64,000 nt of DNA from Marsupella aquatica (Eukaryota > Plantae > Marchantiophyta): NCBI GenBank assembly GCA_973895155.1, contig OZ316894.1, forward strand, positions 26,583,240-26,647,239, in the 5' to 3' direction. Under the pieces are notes generated by a model, which worked only from the letters and a program-made list of their open reading frames with translations, did no database searches and was not told the origin of the DNA. Both the position numbers and the translations under genes were made by a program. Shown here one piece after another: positions 38,330 through 51,780 of the stretch; position 1 is the stretch's first letter; every line of letters starts with the position of its first letter.

Positions 38330-41300
38330 GAATTGGGATTGGTTTGTTAGAGACAAACCCAAGCTGCTGCGATATCTTGCAGAAGTCACACAAAGACCAA
38401 TTGCAATGCTGCGAATGGATAGTGGGTGGAAACATCGGCTCAAAATGGAGAACATAGAAGCACTCACATCTGTAAAGTCCAATGAGACCAGATTTCGAAG
38501 CAGTAATGATTATGTAAGTACTTACAATCTCTGCAAACTTACAAAGGCACCAATTCCATCTCTCAGTTTCAAAGATTTTATTGATGTATAGTTTTCATTG
38601 GTTGAAGCTAGCAATGCAATTGATTTGGAGATCAGATGTTACATGTGAAGTGCATAATAAGGCCTTCAACCATTGTGAACTCCAAACACCTGTGTATAAG
38701 TGAACCATGATTTAGTTGCGAGCCAGGATTTAGTTTTGGACAGTAATTGACTTAGTTTATTCTGTTTCATGGAGCAATTCCACTACGGTCTGCCATGCAA
38801 CCAGATTAAATTTGTGAGGAGCTCATTTATGACGGAAAAGACAATATCTCCAAATAAAACCCAGATTCTTCGAAACAATCAGCAACTAGTACATACATTG
38901 TGACATGAATTTAAGAATCTGCCAAATTTTGATGCCATCCTCATTTCTCGAGTAGCATAATTGTTACCCTTAGAGTTCAGAGTTCAATAACATCAAGATG
39001 CAAGATGAGAACGATTGGGGTGTTTGACAGTCAGAGTAGATGGATTCACTGTTTGGAAACGAAGGAAGAATGTGGTAGCAAGTTTCAGAGCTGGCTCCTT
39101 ACCACGTACCATGATGTTTCTTTGAATACAAGCAGTGGAAAAAGAGCTTGCGAGACCATTGGGGAAAGACTGAAATTTTTCGAGATGGTTATTTTCATGG
39201 CCATCATGAAGACACTAAGATAGGGCTTATCAGAATCGGTGATTCCAGCAGAGACTTGATACCTGTCATTATATTCTTCAAAGATAGCTCCAGGCGACAT
39301 CAGGAGCGGAGTAGGTGGGGTGATTATGAATGGTTTGTACAGGAGCTTGAGGATGCACTTTCAAAGGCACAATTCTTTTATCCAAAATTTTGGTATTTGA
39401 AGGCAAGCCTATGTCCACAGCAGATGAACTGAAGGTTGGCACAAGTTTAGACAGTTATTGCTTAATGAATAGCTTGCTTCTTCAAGTTGGGAGGACGCCT
39501 TTGTGTCCTGTTGGATTGATCGTATGATGTCAAAGTAGACACTAAAGGCTACCATTTTCCCCAAAACACAACACCCAGCACAGCGCATAGACACTCTATT
39601 TTATTAGACTGCAGGGTGGACATTCTAGTGAAAGTAGAGTTGTGTGAATTTTTCGGTAATAATTATCTATACAAGGCAAGAGGTTATTAAAGAGGTACTA
39701 GAGAAAGTTTTTTGTTTTAATATATGACTGCCATTGAAACTAAGTATGACTAGGTTATTTATGAGTTTTCAATGGCAGTCATACTTAGTTTTATGATCAA
39801 TTTTAATTACACATGCACATTGTCTTAGGGGGAGATGGTAGCTTTACCAGAGTGAGGCATTAAGGCCAAGGCAAGCCAGATAGGTAAGTGGAGCCGGCAA
39901 TGCTGGCCCCTTGCCTAAAACTGATGCCATATTCATGGAAAATGAAATAAAGGTCTTAATTAGATGCAGGAAATTTTCCGACAGTTTAAGTTTCCGTGCG
40001 TTGAATGGAATAAAGTTCTTAAGAAGATGCACGATAAGGTCTGAAAAAATGTAGGAAAACAAAATTTTGCCCGGTTTTCCCTTGTTTTTTCCCCTGTATT
40101 GAGTCTCCCACCTCTAGGACCTTTGTCTCCTCGTTTGGTGCTTTTGGGTATTTGGCAGTGTGATATATAATCTTGGGCTCAGTTTGCAATGTGACAATGA
40201 GCCTTAAAACTTTGCTCCGTAAAGAATTTCAGGAAATAATGCAAGTGCTACTTAAATTGCAAGAATGAAGTGACTAGGACAGATCTCTTGAGAGGTGAGT
40301 TGACATGGTATGGCTCTCCTCTAAGCCTCAAAGTTTACAACAACTCTCTTCCAGGACTTAAGAGAGGTGGATGATTAAGAGTGCAGGCTGGCTTTGCATA
40401 AAAGACAAGTTTGTAATCTAGAGTGGATTGATTTCAGTATGCTAGGCTCTAACTCCAAACCAATGTCTTGGAAAAATGAGGAATGCTTCAGTAGCTAGCT
40501 AGGTCTCGAGGTGAGCCTTGCCAATGGGAAATACTCACTCATCTCTCCTCTCAAGAAAGGTCATCTGAGATAATTGAAAGGCTTTTCCCAAAGACCCAGT
40601 CAATGCTCTCATAATCACCATCTTGTACAATCATTAAGAAGCATGACCAGGCTTTAGGTTAGCCTGGGAATGGCATGAGGCCAAGCTTGCCTACTCAAGG
40701 CTTATTCTTTAGATAGGTCAGTTGAGATGCCAAGGCTTTCCTTTAGGCCCACACTCCAAACATCATCTAATGTTGTCAGGACATGAACAAATGCGTGCTA
40801 GAACAAGCCATGCCTGGCCTTGCCCAGTATTTGTTCATGCCTCAAAGCTTGTCTTAGGAAGCTGTGTTCATGGCTTGTTGGACCAGCCCAAGAGACACTA
40901 TGTTTGCTCCCTTGGGGTCTTTGGCACACATTTGCTAAGTCGCCCAGGCAAGCATCTTTCCTGAAGACATGTTGAACTTCCTGACAATGTTTCAATCTGC
41001 GTGAGGGGATTATCCATGGTTTGGAGTGGAGGGTTGCCTTACCACAACAGGACATTCAGGATGTAGTCTTAACAGAGGAATGTAAGAATTGTAAGGCTGG
41101 TCCTCCAAAAGCATGAGTTGTGTTCCTACAACAAGAAACTTATGCATTCAAGAAACTGTGTAAAAAATCAAGTTAGCACCCTACAGTTTTGGGTAGATTA
41201 CATAGGGTAAAGTGGATGTCCCTGCACAATTCTTAGTATCTGAAATGGAAACCAAAATCAAAGTGCAATATACACACATATCTCAAAGTTTAATTTTTAA

Positions 41301-44300
41301 TGAATGCTTCGATGACTTGTGGAGCAGGTAAAGGGAGAGGCAATGAGGGCCCCCACATGGTGGCTGCATGGTGAGGAACCCCATCATCAATCCCAGGAAG
41401 AAACAATGTTGGAGGTACTATCTTTTTCCACTCAATATTGCATATTTTGATATATGTACATATAACTATATAATCCAAATCGAAAGCTGCTCTTCAGGGC
41501 CATGGCCTGGAGTGATCGAAGTCTCTAGACCATGACTCTGAGAGCATAACTTAAGTTGAGGGTACGAGTGGAAATCAGGGATTGGGGACAAGATGAGTTA
41601 TCTGTAATTTCTCCCGTTGCTTGAATGTACTCACCTCTATTATACTGAAAGAACGAGCACTCAGGCTAGTACTGTAGTTATGGTTGTACATAAAAGTAAT
41701 GTTAGTTCTATTGTTGTAGTTTGTTTTTTCGCTGAAAGCAAATCTATATGGGTTACAAGTGGCTGGGATTGACCCCTCCATGTCCAGTTGAACTCAGAAT
41801 CCCGCTCAGAACAGACACTCTAACACATAGGAGAACACAGTGTGCTTAATTACTCTTTTGGCGTTCTCTAACTCTAGGTCCTGGGTGCACAAGAATGGTC
41901 TCATGTCATGATACAAAGTAGACTTGTCTGTTAGACACAACAATACCCTGCAACTCTTGGTCAACCATGAGGATAACCTTGTGTTGTTTGGTCGTTTGAG
42001 TTTTGGGTTTTTGGTCTCTAGACACCTATAACAGTGGCGAGAACAATGGTTGATCCCTCGTAGAGCTCATGAATCACATATAAACCTTATCACCCCAAAG
42101 AAGTTTCACAATGAAAACTTCATCTAAGTTTCAAAAATTCACTAGTGTCTGACAAGTATTCAAGACATTGAAAAGCTATTCTCGACTGCTCTCAACTTGT
42201 GTTTATTTGCAGGAGGCAGAGGAGGCTATAGAATTTATTGATCAGAATATTCATTTACGTGAAAGCCCGCCCAAGAAACCTGAAGGACCAGCGGCTTCAT
42301 TCAGTCGTACAAATTTATTGTTTTGCATCAAACCAGGTGCATACACAAGTTGTTCTTTCAATAACCAAGTCCATTATTTGTATCAAATTAGGCATACACG
42401 CAAGTTGTTATTTCAATAAAGTGAGACAAATGATGTTACCAGTTCATGGAACTAAGCATTACTGTAATGTCCTCAAAAAGAAATTGTAAGCATCATCATC
42501 AGTGGTTCAGTGAAGATGTGTAAATAGTTCCTGCCAGTTCCTACTCACTCAAGTACAGAACTCCTAAATACTGACTCGGGTAAAACATTCTTAAAGAGGA
42601 TGACAAGTTTCTTCTTGGGATTGATGATTAGATTTGGAGAAAGTTAAAAATAATACTCAAACCTGCTCTTAAGTTTGTTTGTTGTAGTGCTATTTATGTT
42701 GCCAGAAAATAGTTTTAATTTTTTTCAAAAGTAATCTTGCACTGCAAACATTCTCGTCCACACCCCATGTTTGTAAGGGAAACATCTGCAGGTACCTTAC
42801 TAATGATCCAAAGTTGGACTGTTTTTGACCAGGAGAAATTGTTGAAAGGACATTGACAATTAAAAACAGGGGCAATGTGGTCCTTTTCTACTCATGGGAA
42901 CGCAGACCTACACAACCGCTTGTATATCCTGGGAGGAAAGAAGGTAATTATACATTCTAAAACATGTCAAGCGAGGTTGATGCTTAGATAGACCACTAAG
43001 TTTGACACATTTAACCCAGATGGAGGTAGTAACTTTTCGAACCCAGAGGTGTGACAATCTATAAAGATACTATTCGAGTTTAAAGCAGCATTTGAAAATG
43101 GCCCATTAAAGTTTGCTTTTCAAACTGTGGTCTGTTTGGGCTCATTTTTCCACCTCAAGTAGATACACTATAAGGTCCTGCCTTGCTATCCAAAGAGAAA
43201 AAAGAGACCCTTATTCAAACTTTAAAGACTTTGTGGAACAGGTCAATCTTAGGACAGCAAACACAACTCACTACTTTGGAGGTAGGTCTGGCTTTTGTAG
43301 AGCTATTCTTTGAGTGCCCTTTAGTTGTGGACTCTTATGGCTAGTGGAAATCCGGTCCTCAACATCAAAAATGAGTTTTTCCACTTGTCCAAAGATAGAA
43401 GAGCAGGACGATATGATTTGCAATCACTAGCCTGTTTGATAGCCTTGGAGTGATTCGTTAAACCTATGGGGGGTAATACTATCTGAGTCAGAAAATCCTT
43501 TGTACACATTGGGCTGTTCATAACCGAGCTTTGAAATGTTATCGGTGAACGCTTGCCTATTTTATAGCTGCGGAGCGATTCTTCACTCTCATGGGTGGAA
43601 CTGGAAGCATTTTGCCCGGGCAAAATAGAAAGTTTTTCTTCAAGTTCTATTCAAACCAAGTAGGGACACACTTGGAAAATTGGCTCTGCCGCGTATACCC
43701 AAAACCCAAGGCTGAAGTAAAGCCTGTCAAGCTGAAGGGTGTAACTGTCTACGACGATAGCAAACTCAGGTGAAAGTTCACTGTCAAATGGTCTTCTGTG
43801 AGTCTATTTTGTTGTGTATGTTGGTTTCTCACATTTGTTACAACTGGATTGATCGATTGATGACCACAGAATGTTTACGTAGTCGTTGCCAGTGCTAAGC
43901 GACTTGAAGCAATAAGTCCTTATGTGGGTGTGGTTGATACCCAAAACACCCGCTCGGCAATGATTGACATTGCTAATCTACTATGTACTAATTGGTTGAA
44001 TGAAATCAATTGTTGCGCAGGTGGCGAACTCAATTAGAAAGAATTTTGGATTATCGAGAAATGATGCGTGGGATTGGTGAAGCATTGCATGATGTAATGG
44101 AAACAGCAGCCAAGGCATCTCGGTCTACAGCAGAGTTAAGGGACAGACAATACATCAGCTCGACTGCGGCTTTTAACTTCATGCGGAAGAACCTGAGATT
44201 GAACCCCCCTCTGTACTTTACGCCTTCAAGTTTTGCAAAACTTGAAACGATGGCCCAAACTGTAATGCCAAACGGTGAGATGGTTGACCAAACCTCCTCC

Positions 44301-45431
44301 AAAACAAAAGTGACCGCAATAGAAGCTTCCGAAACTGCACCGAACAAGGAGTCCCTTCTTGAGGAATTGGATGTGGCTGGGGAAAGTGGGAAGGCAGACA
44401 AAAAGCCCAAGACCACCAAGAAGAAAGACAAGACACAGATAATGGAGGAAACAGCTACTCAAGTGTCTCCTCCAGACGCAGGAGGAGACGGTAGTCTCGG
44501 AGATGACAAAACAACAAAGAAAAAGAATAGCACTGGAGATGAGAAAGGAGGAAAGAGAAAGAAAGGCAAAAGCGTTTCACAGGACAGTATAGATGTTTCC
44601 CAACTTCATATAGATGAAAATGCACCTCATCCAAATGTCACCACCAGCCCTCGCACCCTCACCAGAGAAGATATGTTCTGTAAACCTTGTTTCGACACAT
44701 ACGTTGCTCCTCAACCTCCTCCTCCCCTTCCACCACCTCCAGCTGCGTGGGCTGGATCTGTCTCCAGCATTCTGTTAGCGATCAAAGCTTGTCCGGACAA
44801 GAAACAAAGGCGAGCTCTCAAAATGGAGATGAGAAGTCTATTAGAAAAGGCTTCAATCCCTCCTCATCAAACGTCACTATTACTAATGGCAATGTACAAG
44901 ACTCTTCATCAAATTTCAGGGGACTTCCAGTATATTATGCAGACTGTGACTGAAGACACAGGCCGCCCTGTGGCAGAGCAACTCTTGAGAATATACTTTG
45001 AGCAAATGGAGAAAGAACAAGAATTAGCAGAAGAAGCTGAAAGATTGAGAGATGCTGAAGATGATAACTTGGATTGGCCTTTTGATGAAGAGGACACGGA
45101 ATCTACCATCATGGCAGAAGAGATGAGAAACGAAGCGAGGAAACAAGAAGCTCATGACATTGTTCACTACCTTATGCGCTGGACACATGTTTTGACGGAG
45201 GCAAGGGGCATCGTAAAACATGGAGCAAACGACTTTCAAGGACAGGTCGAAAATGATCAACGAGTGGTTGCCCTATTGATAGAGGAGAAACTCCACGAAT
45301 TGTCGTCATTGGGTATGGATGATGATGCATGTTGGACAGCCTTTGATCTTGAGAGGAAGAAACAAGTACTCCAAGAAGAATTTGTTACTCTTCCGGAATC
45401 ACAACTTCCAACGTCTGAAGGTTTCTCTTAG
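38330..45431 (+). CDS. MYCBP-associated protein (MYCBPAP / FAP147)-like ciliary protein; upstream exons unresolved (candidate ATG 34311)
   Basis: Phase-consistent exons: 38330-38513 (RNW...LAEVTQRPIAMLRMDSG), 39136-39402 (WKKSLR...; GC donor AAG|GCAAGC), 42213-42336, 42833-42943 (TLTIKNRGNVVLFYSW), 43568-43769 (RFF...GSILPGQNRKFFFKFYS...ENW) and 44021-45431 (LERILDYRE, FMRKN..PPLYF, WAGSVSSI). These motifs line up in order with remembered MYCBPAP-family motifs. Confidence 0.75.
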
Positions 45432-46179
45432 TTCCCAAGATTTGGCTATGTGACCTCCTTGATAGAGGCACGTCAGCTACAATATCAAGTCAGTTCACAG
45501 CTTGCGATTAAGCTTCCTGTCAGTTTTGAGAACTATCGGAGTTTTTCAACGTGAAAGTTTGGTGATCACTACATTGGCGAAGTGGTGGTCATCTATCCAC
45601 AAATTTGAAGTGCTCGAACTAAGACAGTATGCCGTGACATTTGTTGTCGAAGTGATTGTTTTCCCCCCGAACTTTACATATTTTTTGACTGAAACGGGTG
45701 GCAGTCGGATTCACGAGAGTTCTGGCGCACTCGAGCAGAGTGTAAATGAATAGCTCGTAATAATCAGTTTCGCACAATCATTCTGAAGGACGCAAAATTG
45801 AATCAGCCCAGACGATCACATTAATAGGCTTACAACGCTCTCAGTGCTTTCTAGCTGTAACTTTTCTCGGTGTGGTCTCTTAGTTATCAATTAGCGTCAT
45901 TTTAGAATTGTTGACACGCTATTGATATTGTGCGTCACTTGTTGAAGATTCATAATTTAAGATCGGGTCTACAATGTTTCCATTAATTTGGATTGACTTC
46001 ATTGCAAACTTTAATTTTTGGCATAACAACGAGCCAGTGCAATCTTTCATCACATGACTGGCCTCAACTGCTCCATCGGATTGTAATGTATCCCATTCCG
46101 ATTTTCCCTTGTAGATGGACTTGCTTCAGAACTACATTGTGTTCTCCCAGGCTTTGCTTTGAGCAACCTTTAAGATCTG

Positions 46180-49100
46180 TCACCAAACTGCAAGAAACTT
46201 TAGTCGAGGCGCCAAGCAGAAGCCCAAAACCAACGCAACACCGAAGGCCACATGCAGCCTCACGGCATAATACTTGGCCATGAAAATTAATTCCTTGTTC
46301 TGAAAGACAAGGAAAAGATTGGGTTAGACCATCTCGCATTGCTTTCTACTCTGGACACAAAGATGATAGTAGGTAGCCAACAGCTCCTCGTAATGAGAGA
46401 GTTTCGAGAACAACTCCGTTCTAGTTTGAATCACATAAAGCCGTGTCTTCATGCCTCAAAGGTGGCCTCACTACCCTTTAACTAAGGAGGTGGAAAAAAC
46501 AGCAAGTGAATGCAAAAGCATACCGAATGGTTGTCTTTGATGAAATTCAGTACCAACTTCCCAATTGGCAATGTCACCAGTGAAAATATCTGCATCAACG
46601 AAAGCCATAAGTAAATCAAAAGTCATTGGGCAATGTTGTATAGGGATGTACCCAGTTTAATTTGAGACCTGTCCAGCTTCGATCCTTATGAGGGCTACGT
46701 GCTCACGGCTGAAGGTCGCGGTCATTAAGAACGGATACCTCTCCTCAGGTATACATGGAAAACAAAAAACAAGGCTGCCTTTTCGTAAGTTCGTGCATTC
46801 GAAACCATGGTATTTAACTCTTTGGCGTGTCGCAATTACTACACACATTCAACGGCTTATATAAAGGAGTTTACTTACCGCACAAGAGGGGGGTACAGCT
46901 TTTACTGCTGTCAGTGTTGCTACTAACAAGTACAACGCTGTAACAGCAGTTTGCACCACCTTTGATCCATTTGCAGTGCCCATTCTCACCTGTACACAGC
47001 TCACTGTATGTGATAAGTGACCCACTACAAACTAATTCTGTACTTACAACTCATTCTCAATTTCATGACAGCAAGAGAAATGGTAATTGCCACACTTGAT
47101 TGATTGTAGCCAGAGAGTCCATGGGTTGGGTGAAGAAAGGGACAAGACAAGTACCAGTGGCGACATTTTTCCAGCCGCAGTGTCCCCCTCAATCTGGGTA
47201 AAATGATGGCGAGCAAACATTAATTATTTGAAGTTCAAAAATGACGGTAAAAAGCATTCTTGCAGATGAACACTTGTCTAAATAACTCCTCTAAGGTTTG
47301 CTCTTTCCCCTTTTCCGACTATCGGGTTTTTCACATATGTGCTCGAACATGCCAGGTGAGATTTGGGGGGGCAGGGGCGTTTCTTGCTATCTTTCATTTG
47401 TCATCTATCCAGGCCGCTCGAAGGAAAGCAATAAGTACCTGATGGAAGTGACTGCAGAAGAGAATGAGAGAGGTAGTAATTCCCACAAGTACAGCCGCTC
47501 CAAGAATAGAGACCGTCACTGGGAGCCCCACGGTCGCACTAATATAATCCAGAGAGAGAAAGGTTATACGAAGGACGACCCTTGGTAGTACTCACTCAGA
47601 ACAAGAAAAAATACGAACAATGATGCGATAGGACACTCATAAAAGATGAACGTAAGATGTTCTATGGAGAAGGTTGAAAGTTGAGATCGATCTAGAGTAT
47701 CGTATGCCACACCACAGTTGCAAGACTTCATAAAGGACATGTGTGAATTCAAGCACCTTGGCTGCCCTTGGCTCAAATACAAGGCAGTAGTTGCAAGAGG
47801 TCCAAACGCCAAGAAGCACAAAGGCTCTCCCAAACCTTTGTAACTAAGCCGAAATGGAGGACACTGCAACAAAACGCGAAGGAGAATACGATACGTGAAT
47901 CACTTGTGGAGGCGACCGAGTCCGGCCCGCAACACCATTCGCTCCGTCTGACAGCTACAACGTAGAACTTCTGTCATTCGAACTCACGCAAACATAACCT
48001 ACCGCCTAAGTGAGAACCTGATAGAGATAGCCGCACCCAATTGCTGCTGCCAACAACACTGCGACACGCATATCACTTGCTCGACTCGCACCTAAGACAA
48101 GGCCTGTAAATCCGACGAGAAGACAACCAAAAGCTGCCCAAAGTACACCCTTCTGACTGCACAGGGAATAGCCATGCAAATCCTCAGTGAGTTAGGGGAC
48201 AACTGAAGGTAGTCTCTTCAAAGATGGAGCTGTGCTGTGGGTGAACTCAAATTCCTCAGCCGAGGTAATACTTCAGCGGTTACCAAGCCGTATGACGAGC
48301 CTTGCCACCGCTCGAAGTCTAGCCAATTTCTATCACTTCTTCATTCCTTCCAGAGACATTCGCACTATGCTATACCTGCCAGTCATATTAACAACCGACT
48401 CCCTCTTATTTCGATCGACCCCCGTCTCCGAATCGTACGCATCGTTGCTGCATCGAATGAAAGGAAGGAGTTAGTTGGTAGCACAACATAAATATCGAGA
48501 CATATGACCTGGAAAAATATTCGATACTGCACTATTGGACAAATCTAGTTTTGCGAAAGGACAAAAACGCGGAATCCGGGCTTGTTTACCCAGTGATCTA
48601 TCCGCTTGAAGAGTGTCCGCACCTGAGATTGAGCCATGCGATGATAAGGATAGATGACCAGAACATGAGCCAGTACTGACTAGCGTTGAAAGCTCCCGTC
48701 TGCCAGAATGCCACCGCTCCTCCCACCTAGTCAATGATGGCAAACGCGATTATTACTTCAGATGATAAGGAGACAAGCCTGTGCGGAAACAATTCGTAAA
48801 TTAAAACATTTCCACAATTCATTCTGTTTTGCCTAAGAGGCGCGAAAGAATTTGATTTTTTGTGAGTGCAGAATAAAATTTGAGAATGTAATCTACTTCC
48901 AAGCTAAATCTGGCAATTGAACACCGTGAGATGACGGTTGACTTTCTTAGGAGCCGCAAGGGCCACTGAGAAGCGAGAATAGTAGCATTTGGCTAAACCT
49001 TCCAGATATGCCAAATAGAATTGCTCCTTTGAATCGCTGGACAATTGTTTCAGCACAGATTAAGAACGACACGGATGCATTGTAGTCACAAATGAGATCA

Positions 49101-49722
49101 TGACCCATCATTGTGACCCAATTGAAGCTGAAAACTGTCAGAGCGCTTACCGACGAAGGGATGATGGCCACAGAATATAAAGGAAGCTTGGCGGCACGCC
49201 ATAGCAGCTGCCCTCTGCTTAGCTCCTCCACGGCCTCCTCCGGAATTTGTAATGAAACAGTGCTCAGCTCTGATCCACCATCAGATGCTGCAATCCTCCG
49301 TTCCCGCTCAACAAGCAGTCGCAATGCATTTCCCCTGCTCACAACATTCTTCCGAAACATTTAACCAGGACGGCTAAAATTGAGCATACTAAACGCTTCC
49401 CCTGCTCACAACATTCTTCCGAAACATTTAACCAGGACGGCTAAAATTGAGCATACTAAACGCAGAGGGGGGCAGGCACTCCTAGAGAGGAACAGGGCAA
49501 GGTCCAGGGAACATACGTGAGGTAAGCAGGGAAGCTATGGCCTGGGAGCCACTCGCCCTTCCTGGCCTCGATCTTGAGTCCCTGGTTCGACAATGCTGGA
49601 GCAGCAGCTGAGACGTTCACGTTCCTGGCAAGGAAAAAATACTTCGAGCCGGTGAGGAACGCGGACTTGCAGAGAGCTGTGGAGGAGCTGGACACCGCCA
49701 ACATTGGCGCAGTGGACGCCAT
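46180..49722 (-). CDS. menA: Chloroplast 2-carboxy-1,4-naphthoquinone (DHNA) phytyltransferase, MenA/ABC4 (UbiA family)
   Basis: Exons: 49517-49722 (transit peptide), 49151-49334 ([16 protein letters not shown]), 48623-48726 (IIAWLNLS), 48376-48447 ([20 protein letters not shown]), 48018-48156, 47757-47863 ([22 protein letters not shown]), 47439-47538 ([10 protein letters not shown]), 47155-47193 ([13 protein letters not shown]), 46879-46989, 46524-46589 and 46180-46299 ([12 protein letters not shown]). Confidence 0.93.
49330..49463. repeat. 67-bp perfect tandem duplication spanning the menA intron-1 acceptor
   Basis: ttcccctgctcacaacattcttccgaaacatttaaccaggacggctaaaattgagcatactaaacgc occurs at 49330 and 49397. 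Confidence 0.92.
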
Positions 49723-50419
49723 CGCTGCTTCCTTCTATCGCGAGAGCGTAACTCGCTCACTCGATTGCTTTCAAATCTGTTTTACTTCTTCCTATCGGAT
49801 TGACACACAATGCAATCCTACAATGTAATCCGCTAACAAGGCTGAACCGATTGCCCATTCAACCGGCCAGACGCAAAATCTTTCGAGGCAGAAAACCCAA
49901 GTGAGATGAGCGAGGCGTAGCGTCCTGCCTTAGACTAAAGAAAGTCCCATCTTATGCCTCGCAAAATAAATCCTCACTAGCGTCCATTACACTCTCCTGC
50001 GTTATCCTAAACTATAATACACTTCCTAAATTATAAAATACTGTTGCGCCTTTTTTTCCGGTGTGGTGGTTGTCATTCAAAAATGCAGTGCCAACAAAAA
50101 AGTAATCAATAAACACAAAGGATAAAACCAAAAACTAATTAAATATAGAGTGGACCAAAAGTACACTACATTTTTTCACACAAAAGAGAATCAAATGGTG
50201 GAGACAAAAGACAAAAATGAAACTAACTCAATTGCAGCACGAGTATCAAGGAGAAACCTGACTGTACCATCATAGATACACAAGAAAATAATATTGAGTG
50301 CACTATAAATCACTATAATACCATTTACTCTATAAGGGTACATTTACAAACTCAATAAAAAATGGGAACAAATCTTAGCCCTTAGTTGAAAAAATGTTTT
50401 TCTGCAATGGCAGGATCCA

Positions 50420-51533
50420 TCCATACCCCTATTAATCTCACTTACCTCTGCCCGAGCTACCCAAGCTACCCCTAGCCTACCCTCAAACTTGACAAAGATA
50501 ACAAATTTATTGAATATTAATTTAAAACTAATTATTAAAATTAAGTTTTAAAGAATTGGATATTAGCCTTAAAGTTTTGGTAAAACTTGAGTATAAATAA
50601 AATGTATACAATATTAATTTCTCTAAAAAAAAAATTTAACAATTTTTTTGTATCATTTGGTTGTCCTTGGACTCTATGCTATAGTTCGCCGTGTTTTCTC
50701 TCCTTGACATCTTTTTTTCACCTTGACTTCTTTGTCTCACCTCAACATCTCTTTTTCTCATTGAATTGACATTTGTTTTCACCTCGACATCTGATCTTTT
50801 CCTCACTTTCACATTTTTATCTCACCACAGCATCTTTCCCTCATCTCCACATATTTTTCTCACATTGTCATCTTTTCTCTCCTTGACATATTTTTTGCTC
50901 GACATCTCTTTTTCTCTTCAATATCTTTGTTCACCTCAACATCTTCTCCTCGCCTCAACATCTTTTTCTCGCCTCGACATCTTTCCTCTCCCTTGACATC
51001 TTTTTATCACTTCAACTATTTTTCTTCACCACACCATCTTTTGTGCAACTTTTGTCTTAACGACGACATCGTTTTTACTTAACGACAGCTTTTCTCTTAA
51101 CAACATCTTGGGTGCCACAACATCTTTTTTACTAACAACATCTTGGGTGACACAACATCTTTTTTCTTAAGTACATCTTGGGTGCCATGACATTTTTTTC
51201 TTGACGACATCTTGGGTGACACGACATCTTTTTTCTTAATGACAACTTGGGCGACATGACATTTTTTTTCCTAACGACATCTTGGGTGACACGACATCGT
51301 TTTTCTTAATGTCACCTTAGGCGACACCACACCTTTTTTCCTTAATGGCATCTTGGGCAACACAAAATCTTAACGACATCTTGGGCGATAGTGCATTTTT
51401 TTCTTAATGATATCTTGGGCGACACAACATCTTTTTGCCTTAATGACATCTTGGGTGACACGACATCTTTTTTTTCTTAACGACATCTTGGGTGACATGA
51501 CATCTTTTGTGTAACGCACATGTATTGAGCTAG
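50420..51533 (+). mobile_element. Non-autonomous Helitron carrying GACATC-based minisatellites
   Basis: 5' end A|TCCATACCCCTATTAA. 3' end tgtgtaacgcaca (decayed hairpin) + tgtattgagCTAG|T. Internal ~18-bp repeats (cctcgacatcttttt, 50690-51050) and ~40-bp repeats (ttcttaacgacatcttgggtgacacgacatctttt, about 11 copies, 51090-51510). Confidence 0.65.
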
Positions 51534-51602
51534 TATGGCAATAACAACCAGAACATAGGAGTCTGACCCTAAGAGACCGTGTTCTACGCTCTGTTCACTG
51601 CC

Positions 51603-51780
51603 GCTGTTGGGATCAATGGGCACTGAAATTTATATGTTGATTCTTTCTCTTTGATGGCTGTCTGATTGACTTTTCTAGTTCTCTCCTTGACTGCTGTTGG
51701 GATCAATGGGCACTGAAATTCATACGTTGATTCTTTCTCTTTGATGGCTGTCTCATTGACTTTTCTAGTTGTCTCTCCTT
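51603..51780. repeat. ~90-bp tandem duplication
   Basis: gctgttgggatcaatgggcactgaaattt...gacttttctagtt occurs twice with a few substitutions. Confidence 0.88.

Noticed and set aside
39722-39791. Small overlapping inverted repeats (tatgactgccattgaaa / tttcaatggcagtcata) as a miRNA hairpin
   Set aside because: The stem is only ~17 bp and intronic, and looks like a local template-switch duplication. No known miRNA was recognised.
36400-41400. CpG-poor intronic tracts that may be decayed LTR elements
   Set aside because: No readable protein motifs or termini support a call, apart from a short CRE-type 3' end at ~40150.
39100-42832. In-frame stops at 39112 and 42826 suggesting the MYCBPAP-like gene is a pseudogene
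   Set aside because: Both stops fall just upstream of good acceptors (39135, 42832) that restore the frame.
51090-51510. Regular ~40-bp repeats resembling a CRISPR array
   Set aside because: There are no unique spacers and no cas genes, and the context is eukaryotic. It is a minisatellite inside a Helitron-like element.
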